Counted from the whole stretch's first letter, positions 50,691-62,768 are shown. The stretch is DNA of 63,965 bases, filler included, from Octopus bimaculoides (GCF_001194135.2; 9 parts of 9 records of this genome joined end to end with filler, not necessarily neighbours in it), one strand, 5' to 3'. Numbers and translations are program-made. Notes: a model not told the origin generated them from the sequence alone.

Positions 50691-51273
50691 TAATATAATA
50701 TTAATAATAATTATAATAATGTTAATAATAATGATAATAATAATAATTAGGACTATGATAATTATAATGTTGTTACACGTATGTACGTTGCAGAAAATAT
50801 TTTTACAAGTGTCTGTAATAGTGATAAATACGGAAAGTAAGAGGGATATGGCAATTAAGGAATATGACGTCATGACATTTATAATTACCATGACTAGAAT
50901 AATGCGTAATGATTGATGGAATTATTTGTAACATTACAGAAATTAGTTAAATATTAAATGTGTAAATTCTGTTCTATCTATCTATCTATCTATCTATTAA
51001 TTTATAAATTTAAGTCACAATGTATAGATTCAAGTAATCCGGCAGTGCTCAAAAAAATCTTTCTACAAAACATATAGAATATTTACAACTTCTTTTTTTA
51101 AGTTACGAAACAATTTGTCGTGATACTTGAAATTTCTTATTGTGAAATAAAATTTCATCAAACTATTTCTCTGTCGTTTATGATTACACACACACACACA
51201 CATATATATATATAAATTAACAGAATAAAAAACGTCCGAGGCTGTGAATAGTTTCCAGAACATTTATAAAGAG

Positions 51274-51321
51274 GTCTTACAGCTGTTTCAGGGATATATT
51301 ATATATTCCTTTGTCAGAAAC
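51274..51321 (-). ncRNA. Minimal type I hammerhead-ribozyme-like motif, probably inactive (G8 to A)
   Basis: Minus strand: guuu-CUGACAA-aggaauauauaauauaucccu-GAAA-cagcug-UA-agac, giving stem I of 4 bp, stem II of 8/9 bp and a palindromic stem III. Confidence 0.65.
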
Positions 51322-51424
51322 GGATCGAAAAAATGTTTAAGTAATAGCTATTATAGAGAAGATATGAAATACAGAGTCTGTTTTCATTCTTCCACTTCAC
51401 TCTGTATAATAACTATTACTTAAA

Positions 51425-51530
51425 TATAACTTGCTCAGGAACACAACGCAGCGCTCGGTCTGGGAATCGAACCAACGATCTCGCAATCGTGAGTACAACA
51501 CCCTAACCATTAAGCCACTAGCCTCCTACG
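51425..51530 (-). mobile_element. SINE family C-like tRNA head
   Basis: Reverse complement ggctagtggcttaatggttagggtgttg..gttggttcgattcccagacc carries A and B boxes. Confidence 0.6.
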
Positions 51531-51534
51531 AACA

Positions 51535-51735
51535 GAATAGGGTCGCAAGAGCTCAAAGAGTGTGTGAGCCGCGCATGTTCAGAGCCAGCTTAGTGCTTTC
51601 ATTCTGAGCAGACCATCACTGCCCGACATGTGACAGAACCTTCCGTGTTTGCATCAGCCTGATCGACCAGCCACATGCACTGTGACTCATCTTCTTCAAG
51701 TATGAGATGTCCTGATCATCATCGATAACGACGGA
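51535..51735 (+). mobile_element. RTE/BovB-like ORF C-terminal zinc-finger relic
   Basis: Translates as HHCPTCDRTFRVCISLIDQPHAL*, resembling the CPTCGRxFRAxIGLISHLRTH end of RTE ORFs. Confidence 0.55.
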
Positions 51736-51739
51736 CTCT

Positions 51740-53300
51740 GCCTCATGCCCCTCTTACTGCATCAAGGGTGAAGGGTAAAATATTGCCAGTTAGTCTTATA
51801 CAGCGTGTATACCTAAAAGCTCACATTTCGAAAAGAAATGCTGGGTTCATCCTATATACTCAATCAGCTTATACATCGGCGTATACGTCAATTGGTACAA
51901 TAACCGCTGTAAAGACGACATTTCATTGCAAAATATATCAACGGGTTACCTTAGAGGCTAGAAACAGGCAACTCAAGATGAATTTCGGATGCAGAAACTG
52001 TAAAGAAGCTGCACGCATATTACCTACCTTACCTACTATATGTATATTTTGAATAAAATAGATCGATAGCAACATTTTCCTTTTTTGGCAAAAAAAAATT
52101 AGTCTGATTACTATGCAAAATATTTTACTTCTTTGTAGATTAGGTAGGCATAATTTGCCCCTGCTTTTCAATCTCAGTATTAAAACTACGCATAGAACTG
52201 CTGTTGTAAACGTGCTGGGTACATTCCTACAACAACGTTTTCTTTACGTCTTATAAAGGCAGAAGTAAACCTGCCTTCAGTTCAGTCGCATGCCTGTGTT
52301 TCGCTTATTTTCTTTGTGTGTTTTACTACATAAATGTCACCAACTGCCTACCCTGAGTAATTACTCATGGCACGTGCCTGATATATATATTAAAAGGAAA
52401 AGCATGCAGTGTACTTTGAAATCAATGCATGCAACAGTTCACGGCTCAAGCATCACTCCTTCGTAGTCAGGGTATCAACTTTTCAGCTCACCCTTGTATG
52501 TTAAACTACGCTTGTGGCTCAAATAGCGAGCGATCAGGACGATGTTCTAACAGTCACAGAGGTGTTAAACTCTGCTTCATTCACCTTCCAACCACTGCAT
52601 CAACGATGAAGGGTGAAATGATTCCTGGTAGTATTGTACAGAGAACCTAGCGGGATATTTTAAATGGAAACTCTGGAGTCATCTTATATACCCAGTCGAG
52701 TAAAAAAAAAATACCGCTGTAAAGACTCCAATAATTTTTTGTAAAATATATTAACGGGTTACCTCTGAGGATAGACACACGCACGTTCAACATTCCAAAA
52801 ATTTAAGATCTGTAATTATTGTTAGATACACAAAGTTACATATATTATGAATTTAAGAGTCTATTATATTACTTATAATTGGTAAGCCAGCTTTTGTAAA
52901 GTCACAATTATTTCTTTTAAACGACATCACCGGGTTATTTCTCAAGATAGACGTTCGGGTGTTCAAGAAAAATAGCAATGTTACAATTTCTATATATTTT
53001 ATGTTACCAACTATTCCATTTGTATTTTGTATAAATGGGAATATACTCAACGATTTATTATAAAAAGTTCAACAAATTACCTCTTATAATAGATATGGGC
53101 GCATCCAGGAAAAAAATAGTAACATTAAAATTTCTTAATATTGTTGTTAAGTCAAGAATTAAAGAAAAATATGGCAGTAAATAAATGTCTCCTACATTTC
53201 CGAGTATTTTGTACAAATGGATGTAGAGGTAGCTAGTATTTGTAAAGACATCAACCATTTACCTCCGAGGATAGACATAAGTGCATTCAACTAAAGCGGT
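51740..53300. repeat. Segment present as three progressively decayed direct copies (about 51750-51960, 52590-52790 and 53235-53285)
   Basis: Shared accgctgtaaagac..aaaatatat.aacgggttacct..gagg.tagac, and ctgcatcaa..gaagggt.aaat in the first two copies. Confidence 0.65.
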
Positions 53301-54249
53301 CACATTTACATTTCTCGCTTCCGAGTGTCTTGGANNNNNNNNNNNNNNNNNNNNNNNNNNNNNNNNNNNNNNNNNNNNNNNNNNNNNNNNNNNNNNNNNN
53401 NNNNNNNNNNNNNNNNNNNNNNNNNNNNNNNNNNNNNNNNNNNNNNNNNNNNNNNNNNNNNNNNNNNNNNNNNNNNNNNNNNNNNNNNNNNNNNNNNNNN
53501 NNNNNNNNNNNNNNNNNNNNNNNNNNNNNNNNNNNNNNNNNNNNNNNNNNNNNNNNNNNNNNNNNNNNNNNNNNNNNNNNNNNNNNNNNNNNNNNNNNNN
53601 NNNNNNNNNNNNNNNNNNNNNNNNNNNNNNNNNNNNNNNNNNNNNNNNNNNNNNNNNNNNNNNNNNNNNNNNNNNNNNNNNNNNNNNNNNNNNNNNNNNN
53701 NNNNNNNNNNNNNNNNNNNNNNNNNNNNNNNNNNNNNNNNNNNNNNNNNNNNNNNNNNNNNNNNNNNNNNNNNNNNNNNNNNNNNNNNNNNNNNNNNNNN
53801 NNNNNNNNNNNNNNNNNNNNNNNNNNNNNNNNNNNNNNNNNNNNNNNNNNNNNNNNNNNNNNNNNNNNNNNNNNNNNNNNNNNNNNNNNNNNNNNNNNNN
53901 NNNNNNNNNNNNNNNNNNNNNNNNNNNNNNNNNNNNNNNNNNNNNNNNNNNNNNNNNNNNNNNNNNNNNNNNNNNNNNNNNNNNNNNNNNNNNNNNNNNN
54001 NNNNNNNNNNNNNNNNNNNNNNNNNNNNNNNNNNNNNNNNNNNNNNNNNNNNNNNNNNNNNNNNNNNNNNNNNNNNNNNNNNNNNNNNNNNNNNNNNNNN
54101 NNNNNNNNNNNNNNNNNNNNNNNNNNNNNNNNNNNNNNNNNNNNNNNNNNNNNNNNNNNNNNNNNNNNNNNNNNNNNNNNGCCCCCCCCCCAACCTTCCC
54201 AAAAATTTCGGGCCTTGTGCCTAGAGTGAAAAGGAATATATAAAGTACA

Positions 54250-54639
54250 CATTAATCCCTCGACTATCGCGGGTGAAAATCCTCCAAGTAGAAACAGTAC
54301 TGTATATTTTTTTTTTCATTATTTTTACAGTTTGTATATGTTTATTTCATTCTAAAGCAAAACACCACCACACACTCGCGTCCCGAGTTTCGTTTTCCAT
54401 ACAGTATGTTCGATTCTTTGTTTAATCATCTACGGTATACTACGTATTTTTTTTAAATATAAAGTTTAATTAATGTGTTATTCAGTGCAGTACTGTACTC
54501 CATTTTTGATTTATTAATTTATTAATTTTTAGGAGTGAAAATGCTTATTTTACCACAGAAATAATTAAAATCTTAAAGAAACCCGCGATATACTGGGGAG
54601 TCCGTGATAGGTGAACCGTGATAGGGCGAATGATTACTA
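54250..54639. mobile_element. Tigger/pogo-like MITE
   Basis: Termini cattaatccctcgactatcgcgg ... ccgtgatagggcgaatgattacta are imperfect inverted repeats, with TA at the right flank. Confidence 0.6.
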
Positions 54640-54756
54640 TATTTAACAACATGAAATACAAAAAAAATGTGTATATGTTTACATACAAAAAGGTCTGACT
54701 TACACAGAATAGAAATGATATACAGAATTAGAGAGGTGGAAGAAAAGCGTTACATA

Positions 54757-54848
54757 TCCAACAGCTGTTTCTGGGGGCTCGGTAATCCCAAATAATGTTT
54801 GTAGATTGATTCCATCGTCTGATGAGACGAGCTTCCTTCTTCAGGGAA
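54757..54848 (-). ncRNA. Hammerhead-like motif with intact core residues and extended stem II
   Basis: Minus strand: ucc-CUGAAGA-aggaagcucg..cgagccccca-GAAA-cagcug-UU-gga. Same CAGCUG stem III as 51274. Confidence 0.5.
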
Positions 54849-55443
54849 GAGGTCTTATATTTGAGGTGTGAAAGGAAAGAATTTTACGTATTTATTATAC
54901 TTTGTATATTGATCTGTCTAACTTGCTTATTTCTAAATTTATATATATATATATATATATATATATCCTGAAAAAAACTGGAAGAAGATCTCTGCTGGTA
55001 TGCACTAATCAATGGATTGAGTATTGTGGATTAACTTGGGAGACGTTTCCGACTGATTCTTCATTCGCCCAACACCAAAAAAGAAAAGAATCTTTACGAA
55101 AGTAACAGAAAAATTTCTACAAAGTGAAAGACAAACTTATTAATTTATATAGATTGACACGTGTCAATTTAAGTTATATAGCATCTTATGTAACGCACAC
55201 GCACACACACACACATGTATGTATGTCTGTCTGTCTGTATGTATGTATCTATCTATTTATATATCTATCTATCTATCTATACACACACACAAGCGTCCTT
55301 TTTCTATTCCAAAGATTTTAACGCAATATTTATTCGCTGTTAATTACAGCTTTATCTTCTTCGAGATTCATCGCTCCAGAAAAATATTTCATGTCAAATC
55401 ATTATGAGCTGATAAATCCACACACACATACATGTATATGCAT

Positions 55444-55474
<31 letters not shown>

Positions 55475-55477
<3 letters not shown>

Positions 55478-55605
55478 GGGATTCTTTCAGATTCCCTCTA
55501 CCAAATCCATTGACAAGTATTTTGGTCGGCTCGAGACTATAATAGAAGACGCTTGCCCAAGGTGTCACGCAGTGGAACTGAACCCGGAACCATATGGTCG
55601 GGAAG
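55475..55605 (-). mobile_element. SINE family A, 5' half
   Basis: ctaccaaatcc..cttgcccaaggtgtcacgcagtggaactgaacccggaacc. Confidence 0.8.
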
Positions 55606-55854
55606 AAAAGATTTTACACACACACATACACGGATGGTGTATATTCCATGGGTGTCGGTGAAGAGCGTTTAATCAATGCATTAAACGAATTCCCAAGTGG
55701 CTGGGTATTCCGTAGGCACAACCCTTATTTTGGAATCAGTAAAAAAGTGGCATGGAGCTGCGCTTTTTGAATTACGGGTTCAATTCACCCAACCGACAGC
55801 TTCTCACTCGGGTTACATCTTCGAGGTTTTACTCACAACGCTGAGATGTATAAA

Positions 55855-55885
<31 letters not shown>

Positions 55886-56128
55886 TAAATGGTTAGGTGT
55901 TATCTACATATATATTTCTACGCGTTTATATACACCTGTGAAGGACTATATTCATTATATATGATGAAATATTTATTCAAAGTGGGTTTTTGTATTGTAA
56001 GTAAATTCAAATAAATTATTGTTGTTTACTTTGATTGGGACTTCGAAATTTTCTGCAACTACTTATGTAAATGTATCAAACCGCTAACGTCAAATATGAA
56101 TATATGTGTGTGTGTGTCTGTGTGTGTC

Positions 56129-56177
<49 letters not shown>

Positions 56178-56363
56178 GCATTCATACACACACATATGTA
56201 TTTTATCTTTTACTTGCTTCTGTCACTCGACCGCGATCATGCTGGAGCACTACCTGCTACTTATTCAATTATACACCAATATAAACGCAAACACATCCAG
56301 CCCCTCCCTATATACATAAACACACACACACACACACATATATATATGTATATATATATATAT

Positions 56364-56525
56364 ACGACGGGCTTCTTTGAGTTTCCGTCCACCAAATCCA
56401 CTAACAAGGCTTTGGTCGGCCCAAACGTGTAGAAGACACTTGCCTAAGGTGTCATGCAGTGGGAATGAACCCGGAACCATGTGGTTGGTAAAGAAGCTTC
56501 TTGCCACACAGCTATTCCTGCGCCT
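56364..56525 (-). mobile_element. SINE family A, 5' half
   Basis: acgacgggcttctt..acacttgcctaaggtgtcatgcagtggg..ccacacagctattcctgcgcc. Confidence 0.8.
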
Positions 56526-56932
56526 ATATATATATATAAGTGAATTTGGTGTGTTTTCACTTGACAGGTTAAAAATAACAGCCAAATCGTACTGAACGTA
56601 TGTAGTTGCGCGATTATAAGTATCACATATATTGCTGTCCGCGTTTCAGAATTATGGGTAAAAAGATTAAATGTCGGTGTGGTCACGCGTGGATTAGGTT
56701 TGATTAATAAAAATTATTTTCGGTTCCTTATATAGTATGTATATATCTGTTTATATATATATATATGTATATGCAAGTATATCTGTCTGTCTGTCTGTCT
56801 GTCAATCTGTATACGTGTATAAACACTCTCACATATGAACATATATAAATATGTAGAACTATGTATTTATATTCATACATATATTCGTTATATACGTATA
56901 TATATATATATATATATATATANNNNNNNNNN

Positions 56933-56964
<32 letters not shown>

Positions 56965-57100
56965 GTGTGTGTGTTTGTGTGTATGTATATTTATTTATAA
57001 ATGTATGTAGATATGTGTTTATCTATATGTGCGTATAAATGTGAGTGTTATATATAAGCATGTGCATATCGCAGGTGAATGTTCTCTTTTGATCCGATAT

Positions 57101-57168
<68 letters not shown>

Positions 57169-58045
57169 CATACATGTACATACATACACTCACACAAATA
57201 TGTTGTCCAGGGTGCCACCAAATCGACTGACAAGGCTTTGGTTGACTCAGGGCTACATATACTTTCAGTTTCCGCCTAAGCAATCTATCCACAAGGGCTT
57301 TGGTTGACGAGAGGTTAAAGTAGAAGAAACTAGTCGCAGGTGTCACGGTTGGAAAGCAACGCCCGTGCGCGGTTATGATCACTAAGATGTATNNNNNNNN
57401 NNNNNNNNNNNNNNNNNNNNNNNNNNNNNNNNNNNNNNNNNNNNNNNNNNNNNNNNNNNNNNNNNNNNNNNNNNNNNNNNNNNNNNNNNNNNNNNNNNNN
57501 NNNNNNNNNNNNNNNNNNNNNNNNNNNNNNNNNNNNNNNNNNNNNNNNNNNNNNNNNNNNNNNNNNNNNNNNNNNNNNNNNNNNNNNNNNNNNNNNNNNN
57601 NNNNNNNNNNNNNNNNNNNNNNNNNNNNNNNNNNNNNNNNNNNNNNNNNNNNNNNNNNNNNNNNNNNNNNNNNNNNNNNNNNNNNNNNNNNNNNNNNNNN
57701 NNNNNNNNNNNNNNNNNNNNNNNNNNNNNNNNNNNNNNNNNNNNNNNNNNNNNNNNNNNNNNNNNNNNNNNNNNNNNNNNNNNNNNNNNNNNNNNNNNNN
57801 NNNNNNNNNNNNNNNNNNNNNNNNNNNNNNNNNNNNNNNNNNNNNNNNNNNNNNNNNNNNNNNNNNNNNNNNNNNNNNNNNNNNNNNNNNNNNNNNNNNN
57901 NNNNNNNNNNNNNNNNNNNNNNNNNNNNNNNNNNNNNNNNNNNNNNNNNNNNNNNNNNNNNNNNNNNNNNNNNNNNNNNNNNNNNNNNNNNNNNNNNNNN
58001 NNNNNNNNNNNNNNNNNNNNNNNNNNNATATATATATATATATAT

Positions 58046-58182
58046 ACGACGAGCTTCTTTCAGTTTCCGTCTACTAAATCCACTCAGAAGGCTTTGGTCG
58101 GCCCGAGGCTATAGTAGAAGACACTTGCCCAAGGTGTTACGCAGTGGGACTGAACCCAGAACAATGTGGTTGGGAAGCAATC
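58046..58182 (-). mobile_element. SINE family A, 5' half
   Basis: acgacgagcttctttcagtttccg..acacttgcccaaggtgttacgcagtgggactgaaccc. Confidence 0.8.
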
Positions 58183-59538
58183 TTATGCAGGCTGGTTAAT
58201 GTGGTGTGTTTATAGCTGTCTGAATAGAGGCATGTCTGTCTCACTACTCCCCGAACCTGACAGCCAGCTGTTGGCTGATATATAACCCAAGCTTAATGAC
58301 TCTGCTATTGGCATGGTCGGTGCTCTGTTGTTATTTACTTATTACTGTTTTGTTCGCGCCAATCTTGGGTTTGAGAGAGGCGTGTCTTTATACATCCTGG
58401 ATATGATTGTCCTTTTCTCTCCCCTGGAATATTGTATGGCATGTGAAGTCGCTGATAATTAACAGAACGGTAGAAATTTCTATATTTGAATCTTTCAAGA
58501 ACTGTCTTTATATTTATTGCGGAACACTGATGATATATGGTACAAGTTTGCATAATATTTTTACAAAAGTTGCGTAATACGACCTCTTGTTGAAACACGT
58601 GTATGTTCTATAAAACATTAAATAGCAGACCTGTTTTCTTTAAAATATCATTAAGTGTATTATTTGGTTCGTATTTCATACATTAGTCTATCCCAAGGTG
58701 AATGCTCCGCGTCGTAGTACAGTAGATTCTGGAGTGCAGTGTGGAAGCCATTAATGAGCTCGATATAGATGTATATATATATATAAATATGTTTGTGTGT
58801 ATACACATATGACGTACTTGCATACAGTTTCTGTTAACCAAGTTCCCTCATTATGCATAGGTTGGCGTGGGGCTATAGTAAAAGACATTTGCCTCTGGGG
58901 CTGCACCTAAAACCACTTCAGGTTGTAAATGGTGGTGGTGGTGGGGGGTCTTAAGCGCACATCCGTGCTAGCACCAAAAGAAAAGAAGAGAACATGCTAA
59001 AGAAATCGTATCTACATATAGTTAGAATATTTATCACTATTTCCCGCTAAATCTCGATCAGCCTCTCGCGAATTTTCGTGAAACCCGTCATTGCTGTTCC
59101 ATTCTAACAAAACTGTCCAACGAACGGGAACGTGAAACTCTGAGTAACAGTTTTTGTGATATTTCTGCTGTTTTGAATAAAGCATATTACTCTACCTCTG
59201 GTATTTTGAGTACACTTTTTTCCAACCTTGTTTCACATTTATGAGCTTACTCATGTCCCAACGTTCGAAACGTGGAGTAGATAAAACAGGGGACAACTGA
59301 TGAAGGGAATTGTTCTTTATGTTGCCTGTCTCGTTTCCCTATTTGTTCCTTTCGTTGTTCGAAAACAAGTTCGTTTTCCATGTTTTTGTTTTTTATTCTC
59401 GTTTTTATTTTGTACACGTTTTTTTTACGTCCTGTACCNNNNNNNNNNNNNNNNNNNNNNNNNNNNNNNNNNNNNNNNNNNNTTAATTAATTAANNNNNN
59501 NNNNNNNNNNNNNNNNNNNNNNNNNNNNNNNNNNNNNN

Positions 59539-60496
59539 TCCCTTCTGGCAGTCTGATACAATTCCCTGCTACCACCGTTCTTCCAGTCCTTCCAAGCCTG
59601 TTTCTTTTGTCTAATAGCCCTGTCAACAACATTGTTCCACCACCACGTTACTCTGGATCGAGAGGGGACTTTACACCAGCCACAGATCTGGTCGGTGGCT
59701 CTCAGCAGGTTGTCCTGCAGAAACCTCCAATTGTCTTCCACATTGTATGATGCTATATCCCCTTCTATTTTGTCAAATGCTTCAAGTAACATGTCTCTAA
59801 ATCTCTGTCCATTTGCAGGAACTTTAAGCTTCCGCACCCTTCTCCTCCAAGCTGGTCTACTTCTGAGCACCCATTTTGCCTTGATCCCGAAGTCGCTAAC
59901 TATTAATCTGTGTTGAGGGGTACATTCTTCGTCAGAGAAGGTTTTGGCATTTATAAACAGTCCTCTTTCCCTATTTCTGGCGAGGATATAATCGATTTGG
60001 CTAGAGTGTCTGCTGGATCAGTAGGTGACTAGGTGACAGGCAGATTTCCTGAAGTTGGTATTGCAAACCACAAGATCGTTTGCATCACAGAACTCCAGCA
60101 ATCTGGTTCCTTCCTCATTGCGGGAACCGAAGTCATAGCCTCCATGTACGCCATGGAAGCCTCCTGCATGACGTCCAGCATGACCATTGACGTCACCAGC
60201 CACAAAGAGAAGGTCCCTGTCAATTGTCAATGAGGTAGTTTGCAAGAGGGTGTCGTAGAATTGGTCTTTCAGCCCATCCGGTAGCCCTGGTTGAGGGGCA
60301 TAGGCAGAGATGATGAAGCACTAGTCTAATCTTAAGTACTCTGTCACATACTCTGACTACCTCGATTACCTTATCAACCCATTTCTCTGCTAGAAGTATT
60401 CCCACAACCCCAACCCCATCAGTGTTCCCTGCCCAGAAAATCTTGTACCTGTGTTCTTTGCTTGTGAGGAACCTTGCAGAACCTCCTCTCCATCTT
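59539..60496 (-). mobile_element. RTE-clade LINE, AP-endonuclease domain and downstream linker, bounded by gaps on both sides
   Basis: Minus-strand translation: GVGILLAEKWVDKVIEVVRVCDRVLKIRL..SAYAPQPG..KDQFYD..VAGDVNGHAG..GSRNEEGTRLLEFCDANDLVVCNTNFRK..TY*SSRHSSQIDYIL..EECTPQHRLIVSDF..VTWWWN. One visible stop and about one frameshift. Confidence 0.92.
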
Positions 60497-61740
60497 NNNN
60501 NNNNNNNNNNNNNNNNNNNNNNNNNNNNNNNNNNNNNNNNNNNNNNNNNNNNNNNNNNNNNNNNNNNNNNNNNNNNNNNNNNNNNNNNNNNNNNNNNNNN
60601 NNNNNNNNNNNNNNNNNNNNNNNNNNNNNNNNNNNNNNNNNNNNNNNNNNNNNNNNNNNNNNNNNNNNNNNNNNNNNNNNNNNNNNNNNNNNNNNNNNNN
60701 NNNNNNNNNNNNNNNNNNNNNNNNNNNNNNNNNNNNNNNNNNNNNNNNNNNNNNNNNNNNNNNNNNNNNNNNNNNNNNNNNNNNNNNNNNNNNNNNNNNN
60801 NNNNNNNNNNNNNNNNNNNNNNNNNNNNNNNNNNNNNNNNNNNNNNNNNNNNNNNNNNNNNNNNNNNNNNNNNNNNNNNNNNNNNNNNNNNNNNNNNNNN
60901 NNNNNNNNNNNNNNNNNNNNNNNNNNNNNNNNNNNNNNNNNNNNNNNNNNNNNNNNNNNNNNNNNNNNNNNNNNNNNNNNNNNNNNNNNNNNNNNNNNNN
61001 NNNNNNNNNNNNNNNNNNNNNNNNNNNNNNNNNNNNNNNNNNNNNNNNNNNNNNNNNNNNNNNNNNNNNNNNNNNNNNNNNNNNNNNNNNNNNNNNNNNN
61101 NNNNNNNGTCGTAATTCTGTCAGCAGAATTAGGAGAGACTGCTTATAGAGAGCTAGGGTCCTGCAGGAATTGAGGATAGAGAGGAGGACAGAGAAAGAGT
61201 GATTCAGAGAGAGATGGGCACAGAGAGAGATGGGCACAGAGAGAGAGGGCCAGGCAACTAGTACATCACGCGGAATGAATAATTCTTTGGGCTTTTTTTA
61301 GAACAAAATTGAAGACAGCAGTGCTTAATCATAAGTTTTAAATGCTTAAACATATTTGAGAGACAGCAATGCTTAAATCGTAATTCTAAAGGAAGGCAAG
61401 GAGCGAACAGTAACATAGTTGAAAGAGACAGCAAAAGCTTAAATCGTAATTTTAAAAGGAGCAATAAACTTGAATAAAGTAAAGAAAGAAAATAAATAAG
61501 CATGAATTTAAGACAAAAACGGGGTTCAAGTGATTTACATGGAAAGAAATAGATAGATAAAGGAGATCAGATGGGGCGGGAAATATGTAGGGTGTACATA
61601 GAATAAAATTTCTTCACTGTTCATATTTTGGAGAACTTCGTCGTAATTCTGTCAACAGATAGATATATATATTATATATATCATATATATCTATATATTA
61701 TGTATATATATATGTTATATATATATTATATATATATGTA

Positions 61741-61775
<35 letters not shown>

Positions 61776-61777
61776 TA

Positions 61778-62160
61778 CTCTCTTTTACTCTTTTCAGTCA
61801 TTTGACTGTGTAAGTGCTTGAGCACTGCCTTTAGTCAAGCGTATCGACCTCAGGACTTTTTCTTTGGAAGCCTAGTACTTATTCTATTGTTCTCTTTTGG
61901 CGAAGCGCTATGTTACAGGGACGTAAAGACGCCAGCATCGGTTGTCTAGAGATGTTCGTGGGACAAACACAGACACACAAACATATACACATATATACGA
62001 CGGGTTTCTTTCAGTTTCCATCTGCCAAATCCACTCACAAGGCTTTGGTCGACCCGAGGCTATAGTAGAAGACACTTGCCCAAGGTGCCACGCAGTGGGA
62101 CTGAACCCGGAACCATGTGGTTGATAAACAAGTTACTTACCACACAGCCACTCCTATGCC

Positions 62161-62161
<1 letters not shown>
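61778..62161 (-). mobile_element. Full-length SINE family A copy
   Basis: Reverse complement aligns end to end with 62399-62768. Confidence 0.85.
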
Positions 62162-62192
<31 letters not shown>

Positions 62193-62398
62193 TATATTAT
62201 ACATGTATATATTGCATATATATATATTATACATGTATATATTGCATATATATATATTATATATGTATATATTGTATATGTATATATTGTATATGTATAT
62301 ATTCTATATGTATATATTATATATGTATACATTATATATGTATATATAATATATATATATATACACTCCCGCGCTTATATATAATATATATTATATAT

Positions 62399-62768
62399 AG
62401 GCGCGGGAGTGGCTGTGTGGTAAGTAGCTTGCTTACCAACCACATGGTTCTGGGTTCAGTCCCACTGCTTGGCATCTTGTGCAAGTGTCTTCTATTATAA
62501 CCTCGGGCCGACCAATGCCTTGTGAGTGGATTTGGTAGGCGGAAACTGAAAGAAGACCATCGTGTATATGTGTTTGTCCCCCCAACATCGCTTGACAACC
62601 GATGCTGGTGTGTTTACGTCCCCGTAACTTTGCGTTTCGGCAAACGAGATCGATAGAATAAGTACCAGGCTTCCAAAGAATAAGTCTTGGGGTCGATTTG
62701 CTCGACTAAAGGCGGTGCTCCAGCATGGCCACAGTCAAATGACTGAAACAAATAAAAGAGTAAAAGAG
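62399..62768 (+). mobile_element. Full-length tRNA-derived SINE, family A (my label)
   Basis: A-box tggctgtgtgg, B-box-like ggttcagtccc, body (cttgggcaagtgtcttct..gtggatttggtag.cggaaactgaaag) and tail gactgaaaca..(taaaagag)2. At least 10 related copies in the window. Confidence 0.85.

Noticed and set aside
62399-62480. tRNA gene calls for A/B-box-containing segments
   Set aside because: They are SINE heads continuing into SINE bodies; no complete cloverleaf was seen anywhere in the window.
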